The notes under the pieces were generated by a model. That model was not told the DNA's origin. It ran no database searches and saw nothing but the letters and a program-made list of their open reading frames with translations. Shown one piece after another: positions 52,884 through 64,000 of a DNA stretch of 64,000 nucleotides. Every line of letters starts with the position of its first letter. Position 1 is the stretch's first letter. The position numbers were made by a program, and so were the translations under genes. The DNA is from Daphnia carinata (Eukaryota), in contig NC_081331.1 of assembly GCF_022539665.2 (NCBI RefSeq), positions 6,262,001 to 6,326,000 of the forward strand, given 5' to 3'.

Positions 52884-53713
52884 TTTTCTGAATGTGTTCC
52901 TGTTAAAATTCTTGATGATTTATGATTTTCGGCAACTCAAAATTTTTCCTTTTTTTTCTTGTAAATACCAATAAAATTCCTTATAAGCATACTGGCATTT
53001 TGTTATACGTTTATTTCCTTTTCACACTGCGCGCTAAATCACTTGAAGTGTCTGTAAGCAGTAAGCTCACTTTATACAATGGTACTTTGCATCCCCAATG
53101 CAAGAACTGTCTTGCTTAAAATAATTTTTAGATAACATATAGTTATTCATATTTAAGATGTAAGTATGAAAAGCTTTAAGGCCTGTGTAAAATACCAAAA
53201 AGTACTGCTGCAACATCTGAGGCATATTTAAAAGTAATAATCAAAATACACATTACTTACATTACTTAGCTAAAGGATACAAGGAAAAATAAAATAAAAT
53301 TTAAGAAAGATAAAAAGCATTGTATTTCGCAAACATTAGATCAAGAACAAAAAGAACAATTAATTATTATGGCAAAATTTAATGGCTTCAACGCGTTGAT
53401 TCGCCGCATGCCCTTGCATGAGGGTATAGTATAACACATACATACACATGTAGAAGGCCTATTTCGGAGGTGGATCTGTTCACACCAGCTAAATCATCCA
53501 ACCAACTGATCATTGTCTGTTTTCGGCTGGAGTTGATGTTTCTGCTTGATTACCAAATACCAGTTCCGCCGCTATCCGTTACCAGTTATCAGTTATCGGC
53601 TTATCGCAATGATAGATTCTGATCAACCTATTGAAAATTAACACATCGTCTGCTTCGAGTGTAAATTTTCAAAGGTCTTTTTCGGTGTTTTCGTCCGTCA
53701 GCTCGTTTTGTGT

Positions 53714-55646
53714 ATGTATTCTCCATTCAAGATGTGGAATTGGACTACCATATGTGCAAAAAAATATGCATGTTTGCGCACAACCATCCGTTTCTCTAGC
53801 GTAGCTAATCCTAAAGTGTGCATTGTTGGAAGTGGTCCTGCAGGATTTTACACAGCCCAACATCTTATAAAAGTCTATATCTATTGCTCATTTTCTTAGA
53901 CTTTTTGATAAAATTTTTAATACTTCTTCTTGTAGAATGAACCCAACCTTGAAATAGACATGTTTGAAAAGCTACCTGTACCTTTTGGATTGGTCAGGTA
54001 TACTTACACATATTGTAAATCTTCCAAGATTTATATAACCAGTTTTCACACATCACTTGCATTATACCACTTCGTCGTAGGTATGGGGTAGCACCAGACC
54101 ATGCTGATGTAAAAAATGTAATAAATACATTCACAAGCATTGCAAAGTCTGGCAGGCTTCAGTTTATTGGAAATGTCACGATAGGAAAGGATGTTACTCT
54201 AAATGATCTGAGAACGGCCTATGATGTTGTGGTTTTGGTAAATGTTTTAAATTATATTTTACCTTTTTGGGACTGAACAAATCAACTCATGTAGGCTTAT
54301 GGTGCTGCACAAGATAGATGGTTAGGCATTCCAGGAGAAAACTTAAAGAATGTTGTTTCTGCAAGGAAATTTGTGGGTTGGTATAATGGACTACCTGAAG
54401 AAAGCAGTCTGGAGTTTGATTCGAATGTTGAAACTGCTGTTATTATTGGGCAGGGAAATGTTGCCTTGGATATTGCTAGAATATTGCTGACGCCCATTGA
54501 GATCCTAAAAGTGATTTTTAATTCAATGAATTAATATTGGTAATAATTTTTTTTCCCTTTAACAGAAAACAGATATTGCTCAACATGCACTTCAAGCTCT
54601 TAAAGAAAGTAGAATAAAGAATGTTAAACTTGTTGGAAGGCGAGGACCATTACAAGTATGATGTTTTAGATGGTACATCATGTTTCATTTCATTTAGCCT
54701 CACGCTGTCACGATCCGTTCGATAGGTGGCCTTTACTATCAAAGAACTAAGAGAAATGATAAAACTGCCATATGTTTCCAACCGTATCCATATTGAAGAC
54801 CGAGATTACATCGAAGCGTGCATCCCTAGTACTGTCAAGAGTCAAATTCAATTTCTTTTATTTTTTTACTTATCTGATTTTAATGTAGAATTTTTATGAT
54901 TGTTATTTTCAGAAACGCCTAGACCCAGAAGAAGATTAACCGAATTGATGCTTCAGTCGGCCGATACGAAGCAGGAGGAAGTAAAGGACTCATCAAAGCA
55001 ATGGGAGCTAATTTTTCACCGGACTCCGTTAGAAATCGTAAAAAGCGAAAACCAGAGAAGTGTCAAAAACTTAGTGGTCGGGGTCAATCGATTGAAAGGA
55101 GATAATTGGGAAAATCTTCAAATAGAAGATACTGGTCTTCGAGAGAGAATACCTTGCGGTATGATCATAAAAAGTATCGGTTATAAAAGTCTTCCGTTAT
55201 CCGACGAGCTGCCTTTTGACCATATCAAGGGAGTTATTCGCCAAAAGGAAGGGAGGGTTGAAGGAATGCCAGGTGAAACTAGCTCCGATTTAGCACTGAA
55301 AGCAGTACATAATTTTATGTCATGATTTTTAGGTGTGTTCTGCAGTGGTTGGGTTGCAAGTGGCCCTGTAGGAGTAATAGCCTCAACCTTGCAAAGTGGT
55401 CACGATGTCGGAAAGAGAATTCTCGAGGACCTAAGGAAAGGAAATTTTGCAACCAGCACAGTAAAACCTGGACGTGATGTTATTTTGTCTCAACTTGCCG
55501 CAAGAGGTGTCGAGCCTGTTACCTTTGTAGAATGGGAGACTTTAGATAACGAAGAACGAGAGCGTGGTAAAAATCAGGAAAAGCCGCGTGAAAAGATCAT
55601 TGACGTTAAAGAAATGATAGATATCGCAAAAAAGACACAGTCATAA
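53714..55646 (+). CDS. FDXR: NADPH:adrenodoxin oxidoreductase (ferredoxin reductase, dare-like), multi-exon
   Basis: [82 protein letters not shown] and KPREK. Basic presequence. Alternative in-frame ATG at 53732. Confidence 0.95.
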
Positions 55647-55690
55647 ATATACCGCCTGTATTACATGGAGAGTAAAGCTAAAACACACGA

Positions 55691-56472
55691 CTATAATTCA
55701 ACGTTTGTGGCTCTTTCACCCTTTTCGTCCAAGCAATTTTGCTGATTTTTAGATAAAATATGTTGTCTGCACAAGTAATTTTGCAAATCTGTGCTTTGGT
55801 GATGTGCATACCAGTCCTCAATTCGATCTTCATTATCTTCTAGCAAAGATTCACACTATGGGAAATATAGAATTTTTATAAAGGTAGAATTACAATTTTT
55901 ATAACCAATATATATTTGCCTGTGTTTTCAACTGGGTAACTTCTGCTGGTGGCTTATCCCACATCTCATGAGGAATTCCTAAATCCACTTTTACACCTTT
56001 GGCCCTGTTAGAAGCAATATTGTAGCATCATGAAAATGCAATATGTGCAGCCTTTGAACAACTTACACTAATCCATGCAAAGTTTTAAAAGTTTGACTCA
56101 TTTCTTTAGAAAATCTGCTAGAATCTGTCCTTTCCTTGTGAATTCGATAATCAAGGATTCTTTCACATAAGCCTTCAAGAGATTCTACTAATCTCAGTTC
56201 ACTGCAAAACAAACAAAGATAAGTATTTCTATTAATTTAAAAAGGGAATAATCTTACGATGTTTGATATTTCTTCTTGCCCTTTTTTGCGTCAATGCTAT
56301 AGCCAGTTTCAAGAAAATCATGGCTTTTGCCGGTTTCCTTCAGTCGTTCTTCAAGTTCACTGGTAACTATTTTGCACACCTCACATGGCGTGGCATATTT
56401 CACATCCTCGCTAGTAGCAAGATTTAAAACGCAAAAGCAGATCAAACTAGCACATTTCCAATAGAAATTCAT
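55691..56472 (-). CDS. Canopy family (CNPY3/4-like) ER saposin-like protein, 4 exons
   Basis: Signal peptide, [42 protein letters not shown] and [16 protein letters not shown]. Ends NVEL (KDEL-like). Confidence 0.9.
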
Positions 56473-56628
56473 CGCTACAAGGATTTTAAAAGAGCTTCCA
56501 GAACAGTTTAACGGAAGTAAAGCGAGGCGTCTGCTCAAACTGTTGACATTATCGCGGGGAAACGGATTACTACATTAACTATCGTATGCTGGCGCCACTG
56601 TCAGAAGCGGACAAAAAGCTTTAACGGC

Positions 56629-59447
56629 ATGAGGAACGCGACTAGACCAGCAGGTATGTTTTGGCCTCTTGGAGACAGTATGTATTGCGAACTTGGAAAG
56701 TGGAACGGTACTTCAAGAAGAGATCACGGTGAAAATAAGCGAGGCCAAAGGCATAATTTCTAAAGTTCACCCACATCAAACGGGCAATTATACTTGAGAA
56801 TCTTTGGTTAAATTCATAGAAGGGATAGTTCGTTCACAGGACCGACCGACATTAGGACTTGGTCGTCGGTTTTCGGGGGTTTTCCAAGCATTTTCAGGTT
56901 ATAGTTGATATAAGAAATGGCACAGCATTAAGGGGAAAACGCTAAAAGGAGGGCTTTTCGTAACAGGTATTGTAAAAACGACGCAGTGAACGAACCATTC
57001 GCTCTTGAATCTCTATGACTTTGCCTCTTGCCCATTTTATCTGTTGGTACTTCAATCCCTAGATGGTGTTGGCATCTGATAAACAAATAAGACTTGGGTG
57101 CACGTGAACCGAGATTGTAGAGAAAGGAATTTTGAGATGTATACTGGACACATAATTTGATAGTTGCATGCTGAAGGCTAAAGTAATGTATTGGAGACGC
57201 CCGGCGTCTCCTATCTTACTTTGATTGTTACACGTCAACAGTGGCCAGTCCTCCCATTGGAAAAATGTCCGATATAATCAGAGATGACACATTTTATTAC
57301 TGCGAAGGAAAGAATTTGCGTGGCGTTGAATGTAAAGCTATTTTGTCGCCTTCCACCCTGACAATCACTGAAGCAGAAAATGGGAACAAACAACGCACAG
57401 TTAATGTAGATGATATTATTGGATGCCTTTGTATGAGAAATCAAGATTCTCACGGAAATCAACTAAGTCATGGGCAAGATGCAATTAGCATGTTTCTTTG
57501 TGTGTATTATTATAGCCTTTCAACAAATTTCAAAAAAAGCCCATATAGAAAAAGAGAAACAGCTCTGCTAAGGTGTCAAAAATATTCAACATTTGTTGAA
57601 AACTGTGATTATGTGGCAAAGTATTGAAGCATTCAAACATTTATCAGAAAATTACATATTAACCATATTCTTTTTAGGTGGCAATCATCATTGTATTCAC
57701 TAATCCACAGCAATGAAATTTACCCTCACATGCTTTCTACAGACCCTATCACAAATGATTCACAAAGATTGCTAATATTTGTAAATCCAAACAGTGGCCC
57801 TGGAGTTGCTCTGAAAACATTTAACACCAGAATTAGATCTTTTCTAGGTGAAGCTAATATTTCCTATGATTTGATCGTCACCTCCCATGTTGGCCACTGC
57901 CAAAAAGTTGTTCAAGATTTTAGGGATTTAGCCAAGTATACAGGACTAGTTGCAGTATCTGGAGATGGCCTTCTATATGAAGTAAATTTTAGCACTTTAC
58001 GTGTAGATTAGCTTATTGCTATACTAACAGTGAAGCAAAACTTCCTTACAGATTTACAATGGCTTGTTTGCTAGAGAAGATTGGGACAACATTTGTAAAA
58101 TTCCGGTTGGAGTGATTCCTCAAGGATCAGGCAACGGCCTAGCCCGTTCTCTGGCGCACTTCAAAAAGTGAGTATATTATTGTTTTCAAGTACTGTATTA
58201 CTTTACGGTTCGTAGATGTGAATTATGAATCTGTTTTTCTTGTACGTCAGTGAACCCTATCTGTATGATCCTTTGGTGGTCAGCGTTCTCAACGTTGTAA
58301 AATTAAAAAGCTGCGAAATGGATCTTTGCCTTGTGAACACCACAAAATTCCCTGTAAGGCTTACATGTAAAATCGTTGTGAACGAAAAATGTTCACTGAG
58401 TTTCTTTCTTTTTTCATTTTTACAAATATTTTTTTTTCTTTTTCAGAAACTGATAAGTTTTCTCAGCGTTGGATGGGGTCTAATGGCAGATATAGATATT
58501 GAATCTGAACGTCTTAGAATGATTGGAGAAGCCCGTTTTACTGTAGGGGCGTTGGCCAGAATAATGCGTAAGTAGACCGTGAGAATTGAACGTACATAAT
58601 GTAACACGTGTAGGTAACCGGCTAGATGCTTTTCTTTTCTTTCTAGGACTAAGAACGTACAAAGCCACAGTATCATACTTACCAGCCGTTGGTGGTATAC
58701 CAGATGAAGTAATGTCTCCATTACCACCGCTTGACGAACCATTACCTGATCAGAAGTGGATCAGTCTGACGGGGGAGTTCATCTGCGTTTATTCTTCTAT
58801 GGTTCCCTTCATCGGAACCGACTTGTTTTTTGCACCAGAAGCCTTGATAGATGACGGAGTAATTTGGCTGATGATTGTCCAAGGTAAGAACCAAGAAAAA
58901 AATAGATCTTGTTTGTGGCTACATTTATATTTTTATTTAGCTCCTGCGTCAAAATTACAAGTAACCCAGCTGCTTCTAAGGTAATTCATGTTCACTCACC
59001 CTTGTTGATATGAACGTCGATCAGTTGGGAAATAGCATTGCAAAATGTGTTGGGCGACTGGAATTGTGGGGTTTCTTTCAAAGACAAAATCGTACACGAA
59101 ATTTTTTCGTCAGCCTCAGCCAATATAGAGTTGGTTGATGCTGTAAAACTGATGCTAAAAACGCTGTTTCTTAAAATTGGTTGGTAGACATGTTTATGTG
59201 GTTAAGAACAAGCGAATTAGGAACTAAAACACTAGTTACTAACCAATTTTTGTTGCTTACCAGTATGGAGAAAGGCAACCATATTCAACTACCTTGGGTA
59301 ACATTTGTACCTGTCACAGCCTTTCGCCTAGTTCCGGATGTAAGCGTTGGTCCTCAGTCCTACCTAGTAATTGATGGTGAAAAATTGGACACCCAGGCAA
59401 TGCAAGCGCAAATAATGCCACGCAAAGGTCGCGTGTTTATGCGTTAA
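56629..59447 (+). CDS. Sphingosine kinase, multi-exon (short first exon 56629-56653 inferred; internal ATG at 57265)
   Basis: LIFVNPNSGPG, VSGDGLLYE, IPQGSGNGLA, SFLSVGWGLMADIDIESERLRMIGEARF, AFRLVP and VIDGE. The upstream exon MRNATRPA splices in frame to VASPPIGKM. Confidence 0.92.
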
Positions 59448-60093
59448 AATTTTTGGTAACGTTCTTGTCACATTCTATATAAACGCGGCTATACCACGTT
59501 TTCTATACGTCGTCCCGCTCTACGACGAAACATATCTTTCCACGTCAAAATTCCACAAATGTTATGTAACTTAAACCCGTGAATCCATTGGGTTGTAGAT
59601 TTATGCTTACCAATCTTTATATTTCTGTTGAAGAAAACTTAGATTTTAAAATGTTGTAGCGTCGCTTACGTTGAATGGTACCGAGCCCGCTTATGCTACA
59701 TCTAGTACCATTCAACTAGGCCAATTAAAAAGACGTTTTTTTTTTTACTAGAAGTTGAATTGATACCTGTACAATATTACCTGATATTTTCCCCAGATCC
59801 CCGATTCTACTTTTGCAATCTATTCTAAGGGGGGGGGGGGATAATGGAACACTTTTTAGTCAGTTTAGGTTTCAGAAAATTACAAAAGAACGGTAAGAAA
59901 ACAAAATGCTAGTTTTTCCTAGTAAATCTATTGTAACCCAACATTCCTAGTAATGATTAAAGAGTTGTAAGTAAGAAAAATTCGTAGGTATTTTTGATTG
60001 AGGTGGAATTAACAGTGAATAAACTGTGCAAAAAGTTAAAGGCCTCGTCATTTGGTCCTGCTTGAGATAGAAGTCTCCAAGTGCACGGCATTC

Positions 60094-61481
60094 TCACTTT
60101 AGATCACCGTGACGTTTGATAATGTCAAGTACATCTTGAACATCCTCTTTCGATCCCAGAATAACTGGACAACGTTCGTGAATTTTTTCTGGTTGTATAT
60201 CCAGGATGGGGACAGTACCCGTAGATGCTGCGCCGCCTGCCTGCTCCATGATAAATGCCATTGGAATGCTCTCATACAGCAAACGGAGCTGAAAAGTAAG
60301 AAATTAACAATGACTGTCATCTCTGCCATTTGGAAACATTTTTACTTTTCCGCGAGGTGCGTCGGTTGTGGCAGGGTACATGAATATTCCACCATACTTG
60401 AGCGTGCGGTGGACATCAGCGACCATCGATCCGACATATCGAGCTCCATAAGGCTTCGCACCCTACAAGGTAGTCAATTTGTAGAGTTAAAAAACTGCTT
60501 TTGTAGCCTGATTAAAGAAAATCGTATTATTACCTGTTTCTTTGAAGCCACATACTCTTGAATGGCTTTATCCCAGTTGTGTGTATAGCCTTCATTAATT
60601 GAGTAAATTTTTCCTCTGGGTTTCACTCTCATATTGGGATCAGTCAGCACAAATTCTCCAATAGCCTATACAGAAAATACACTTAACCAAATGTTACTCT
60701 AAAATATGGACGCAAACCACATACGGGGTCTAGAAGAAATCCATTAACTCCGTTACCAGTTGATAAGACCATCATTGTGGCACTGCCATACAAAGAGTAT
60801 CCAGCAGCCACGCAGTTTCTCCCCGGTTGCAGTGCATCTTTGACCGACGGAACACCATCCGAAGTTTTTCTGCATTTAGGATAAAACAGGTTAAAAAAAA
60901 GGAAAATACAGTAAGCGCCTTACGGTTTACTTGAAAATTGAAAAAATCGATCCGATGGAAACGAGGCAATCGATATTTGAAGATCCATCCAATGGATCAA
61001 AGCAGACTACATATTTGCCTTGTTTCTCAGTTTCAACCTACAAACAAATTATCAGCATAGACATTTAAAAATTTTTTTTTACTATATTAAGTTGTAATAT
61101 AGTATACCTCAATAACAGTCTCATCTTCTTCTGATACCAATAAACAAGTTGTGAATGAACTTCTCAGCAAGTTGATAAACAATTCATTTGCAAGAACATC
61201 AAGCTTTTTGACCTCTTCCCCTTGCACATTGACTTGGCCAGCAATGCCATACCTAAAATTTTATCACATTACAATAACTGAAGCATTGTAAACAAATATG
61301 ATTAAACTCACAAATTGGCAATTCCAGCTCTACGAACTGCAGAACTAACAGCCTTAACAGCAGATTGCAACGAATTAAGCAATTGGGTTAAGTCTCCTGT
61401 AGCGCCCGGGATACGCCTCTGTTCAGCAAGGACATGGCGAGTCAGCGTCATACAATTCGTGTCGATTGGTGAGTTGGACAT
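60094..61481 (-). CDS. FBP1: Fructose-1,6-bisphosphatase (class I), multi-exon
   Basis: [73 protein letters not shown] and LRLLYE. Confidence 0.96.
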
Positions 61482-62747
61482 CCTTGAAGGCACGAGATGG
61501 TAGATTTTCTATAGTAGGAAACGATTATAAAAAAACATACAATTAAGTTACAAAAGAGTAGTCAAGCTGGAAATCTACCTGAAATCACTGGGAAGGAATG
61601 GATAAAATTACACGTCTAACGGCAACTTTAAATAGAGGACTACAATCACCCTAAAATTATTAACCTCTAAAGCAAATTTCCAAAGACAATCCACTCCTAG
61701 CAGTCAACAGGTATTATTATGAGTACTATACAGTGTTGACGTATTGTATTGACGGTTCGTTGCTGCTCAAGCACGAGTCAGAACACTAGATGGCATTATG
61801 CAACGGTCCTACGTGGCTGGCAGCACGTAAGCGTAAGATAATCATATTTTACAATTCAAGGACATTAGCCGCTCGAGTCATGAATACGTGTGTGAAATAT
61901 TATTTTTTAATCATCACTTTGATTAATTATCTGCGGTTCTGATCTAAAAGTATGGTTGGAAATAAAACATAAGTTGAGCCTTATTACGCGGTTTAGGGAG
62001 GTGTTGCTGCGTACCAGGAGAGGTAAAGTGGAACGAAGGATTTAGTTTTTGTTTTGTTTGGCTTTTATATTTTTTTGTTTTTGTGTTTGCAATATTTATT
62101 ACTTATAAATACGTACGATAAAAAACGTCGGAATTTCGATGACTTTCTTTTTGTCTTTTTTTATTTTGTTTTTTTCCCTTATGAAATACGGGAAGATCAA
62201 AAGGACTGTGGAAGTCTTCTCAGGTTTCCATAACAACTTTGTTTACCTAAAGTAAACCTTGAGAAACTGTGCAAAACAAGAAAACTCAACCTGACCAGAA
62301 AAAATTAGTTCTTTTCAACTAATAAAAAACCAACAAATGAGTAGGCAAAATAAAAAAATATATTGAGGTGTGGGATTGGCGACCATGAGAAAAACCTTCA
62401 TGAAAACTACTCCTTGAAAGCAAATATTGCTTTCTGCTTTTTTCTTTTAACTTGAACTTAACTTGATTGTTTCTTTTAACTTCTAAATCTAATGTTCAGT
62501 GACTGATGGATCAACCACGAACACACTGCTATGTTTTTTTTAAATACAAGGCAATGGATCAGTTGCCCAATATTAAAATTTTCTCGAGTCTGTAATGCAA
62601 GCACAGCCTGCTGTTGTGTAAAATCTCATATATGTGAGTCGCGCCACTACCTACGGTTAGTAAGCCGGATCTCGGTGTTCATTGTTGACCCCTATTTACT
62701 ATGGCAATATTATAAAACAGATTGCCATGCGATACGCTGATTTGTAC

Positions 62748-62830
62748 AAGCGCGCTGTACGGTACTGGCGCGCCAACTTTGGTTGGAAAATTCGGGCTCA
62801 TTTATTTTGTCGGGCTTATTTTCAAGCCCC
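62748..62830. repeat. Short fragment related to the 14.1-15.1 kb repeat family
   Basis: GCGCTGTACGGTACTGGCGCGC plus doubled TCGGGCT/GTCGGGCTTATTT, the reverse complement of AAATAAGCCCGAC. Confidence 0.5.
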
Positions 62831-63109
62831 TAACTTCTTGAACATCGGGAGCTTGAGTGAAGTAAAACTGGATACCTTACCAATAGATGGCTATACCGTT
62901 TGGTGGGTCGTCTGCGGTATAAATCCAAGGTTTATCATATGTAAGCTTGCAGCATATTTGTTATGCTGGCATGTAATCGAAGTTTTTTCATTTTAGGCGA
63001 TGGCATTCGCATTATATTTTTGACAACGCCTACTCTACAATGGGATAAATTTTTCATAGAATAAGCGTCTGCTACAGCTATGTGTTGCAGTATCATTCTG
63101 ATGGTAAAA

Positions 63110-64000
63110 TATCAATTAAATTTTAAATAACTTTTGAATTTCCTTCTCTGTATTTTGACAGTGACGTGACAGTACTGGTTGTTGGGGTTATTTAGGGACA
63201 AACCTTTTCCATTTTCCCATCCAGTCTGTGAGACAACTTTGATTGCTTGTTATAACTACAACAATATTCCCTGCATAATGAAGGGAATGTACACATTTTC
63301 TTCAGTGAACTTTTCCCTGAACTGTTGCCTGAAGTTGAAAACATTTTGGAATATTTGGTTGGAGCTACTCTGATATTATTCAGTTGCAGGAACTGGATCT
63401 TGTCCTCTTTCTTGAGCAGTGTTTTGCCTTTTCAACAATCAAAGAGGCCTGCAAACATTATTGATTTTCTATCAGTGACTGTCATTCTGCCAAACACGTC
63501 TTCTTAAACAATTTGGTAATTGATTGATGGCTTAGAGATCACGAGTTAATTAAATAAAATATCTTAAATTACAGAAAGGAAAACTTCCAAGCGACAAGCC
63601 CATACTTTGGTGGAGGTTGACATATTTTTAATTGAAAACTATCAGTATTGTTAAAATGATTTGGATATTTTGGTCCAACCCTCACCCATGGTATGTTCAA
63701 AGTGAAGTGCATAGTTAAGTTCTCATTGGAAACATGGTCCAGATCTCCCATGTTACGGTATTTGTTTCATTCAAAGTGATGCACAATTAATAGGTTCTCT
63801 CATCTTTTCTGTGGCCACATTTTACCTTGATCTGAATTTTCTTTTTCATTCCAGATTTCATGATGAAATTTTGCGGCTAACCGTAAAAGATGTCCAGCCC
63901 TTATATTTCCCTGTTTCAGAAATAGAAGACGAAAAGAGATGCTAGATTTTCGAAGAACGCTACTTTCACTTCACGGTTAATTGCTGATTCATCCAGAACG
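63110..64000 (-). pseudogene. Degraded coding-like sequence (exon-like blocks with stops/frameshifts), product unknown, running off the window edge
   Basis: Splice-bounded blocks such as GNIRAGHLLRLAAKFHHEIWNEK and a long frame at 63115-63500 broken by one TGA. No consistent full ORF could be assembled. Confidence 0.25.

Noticed and set aside
53404..53423. CCGCATGCCC TTGCATGAGG upstream of FDXR as a p53 element
   Set aside because: Too many mismatches outside the CATG cores.

Overview
Eukaryotic, gene-dense window with mostly 55-90 bp GT-AG introns. Gene content and intron style suggest a branchiopod crustacean, probably Daphnia (inference; no search run). In order: first two coding exons of G-alpha-o; a ~530 bp tandem dimer repeat; p120 RasGAP; an Mpv17/PMP22-family gene; alkyl-DHAP synthase with an intact PTS2 signal; a possibly structured non-coding region; an inverted duplication of two intron-containing histone H1 genes with an apparent gene-conversion tract; SLC38A10-like; Pol III subunit RPC5; an intron-containing H2B variant; a p53-family gene with a p53 response element in its own promoter; Pol III subunit RPC8; a single-coding-exon orphan membrane-anchored protein whose 3' UTR holds four perfect Pumilio elements; ferredoxin reductase; canopy; sphingosine kinase; fructose-1,6-bisphosphatase; and degraded coding-like sequence at the right edge. 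The best leads are the orphan gene, the p53 self-site, the H1 pair and the H2B variant. Exon boundaries were read by eye.
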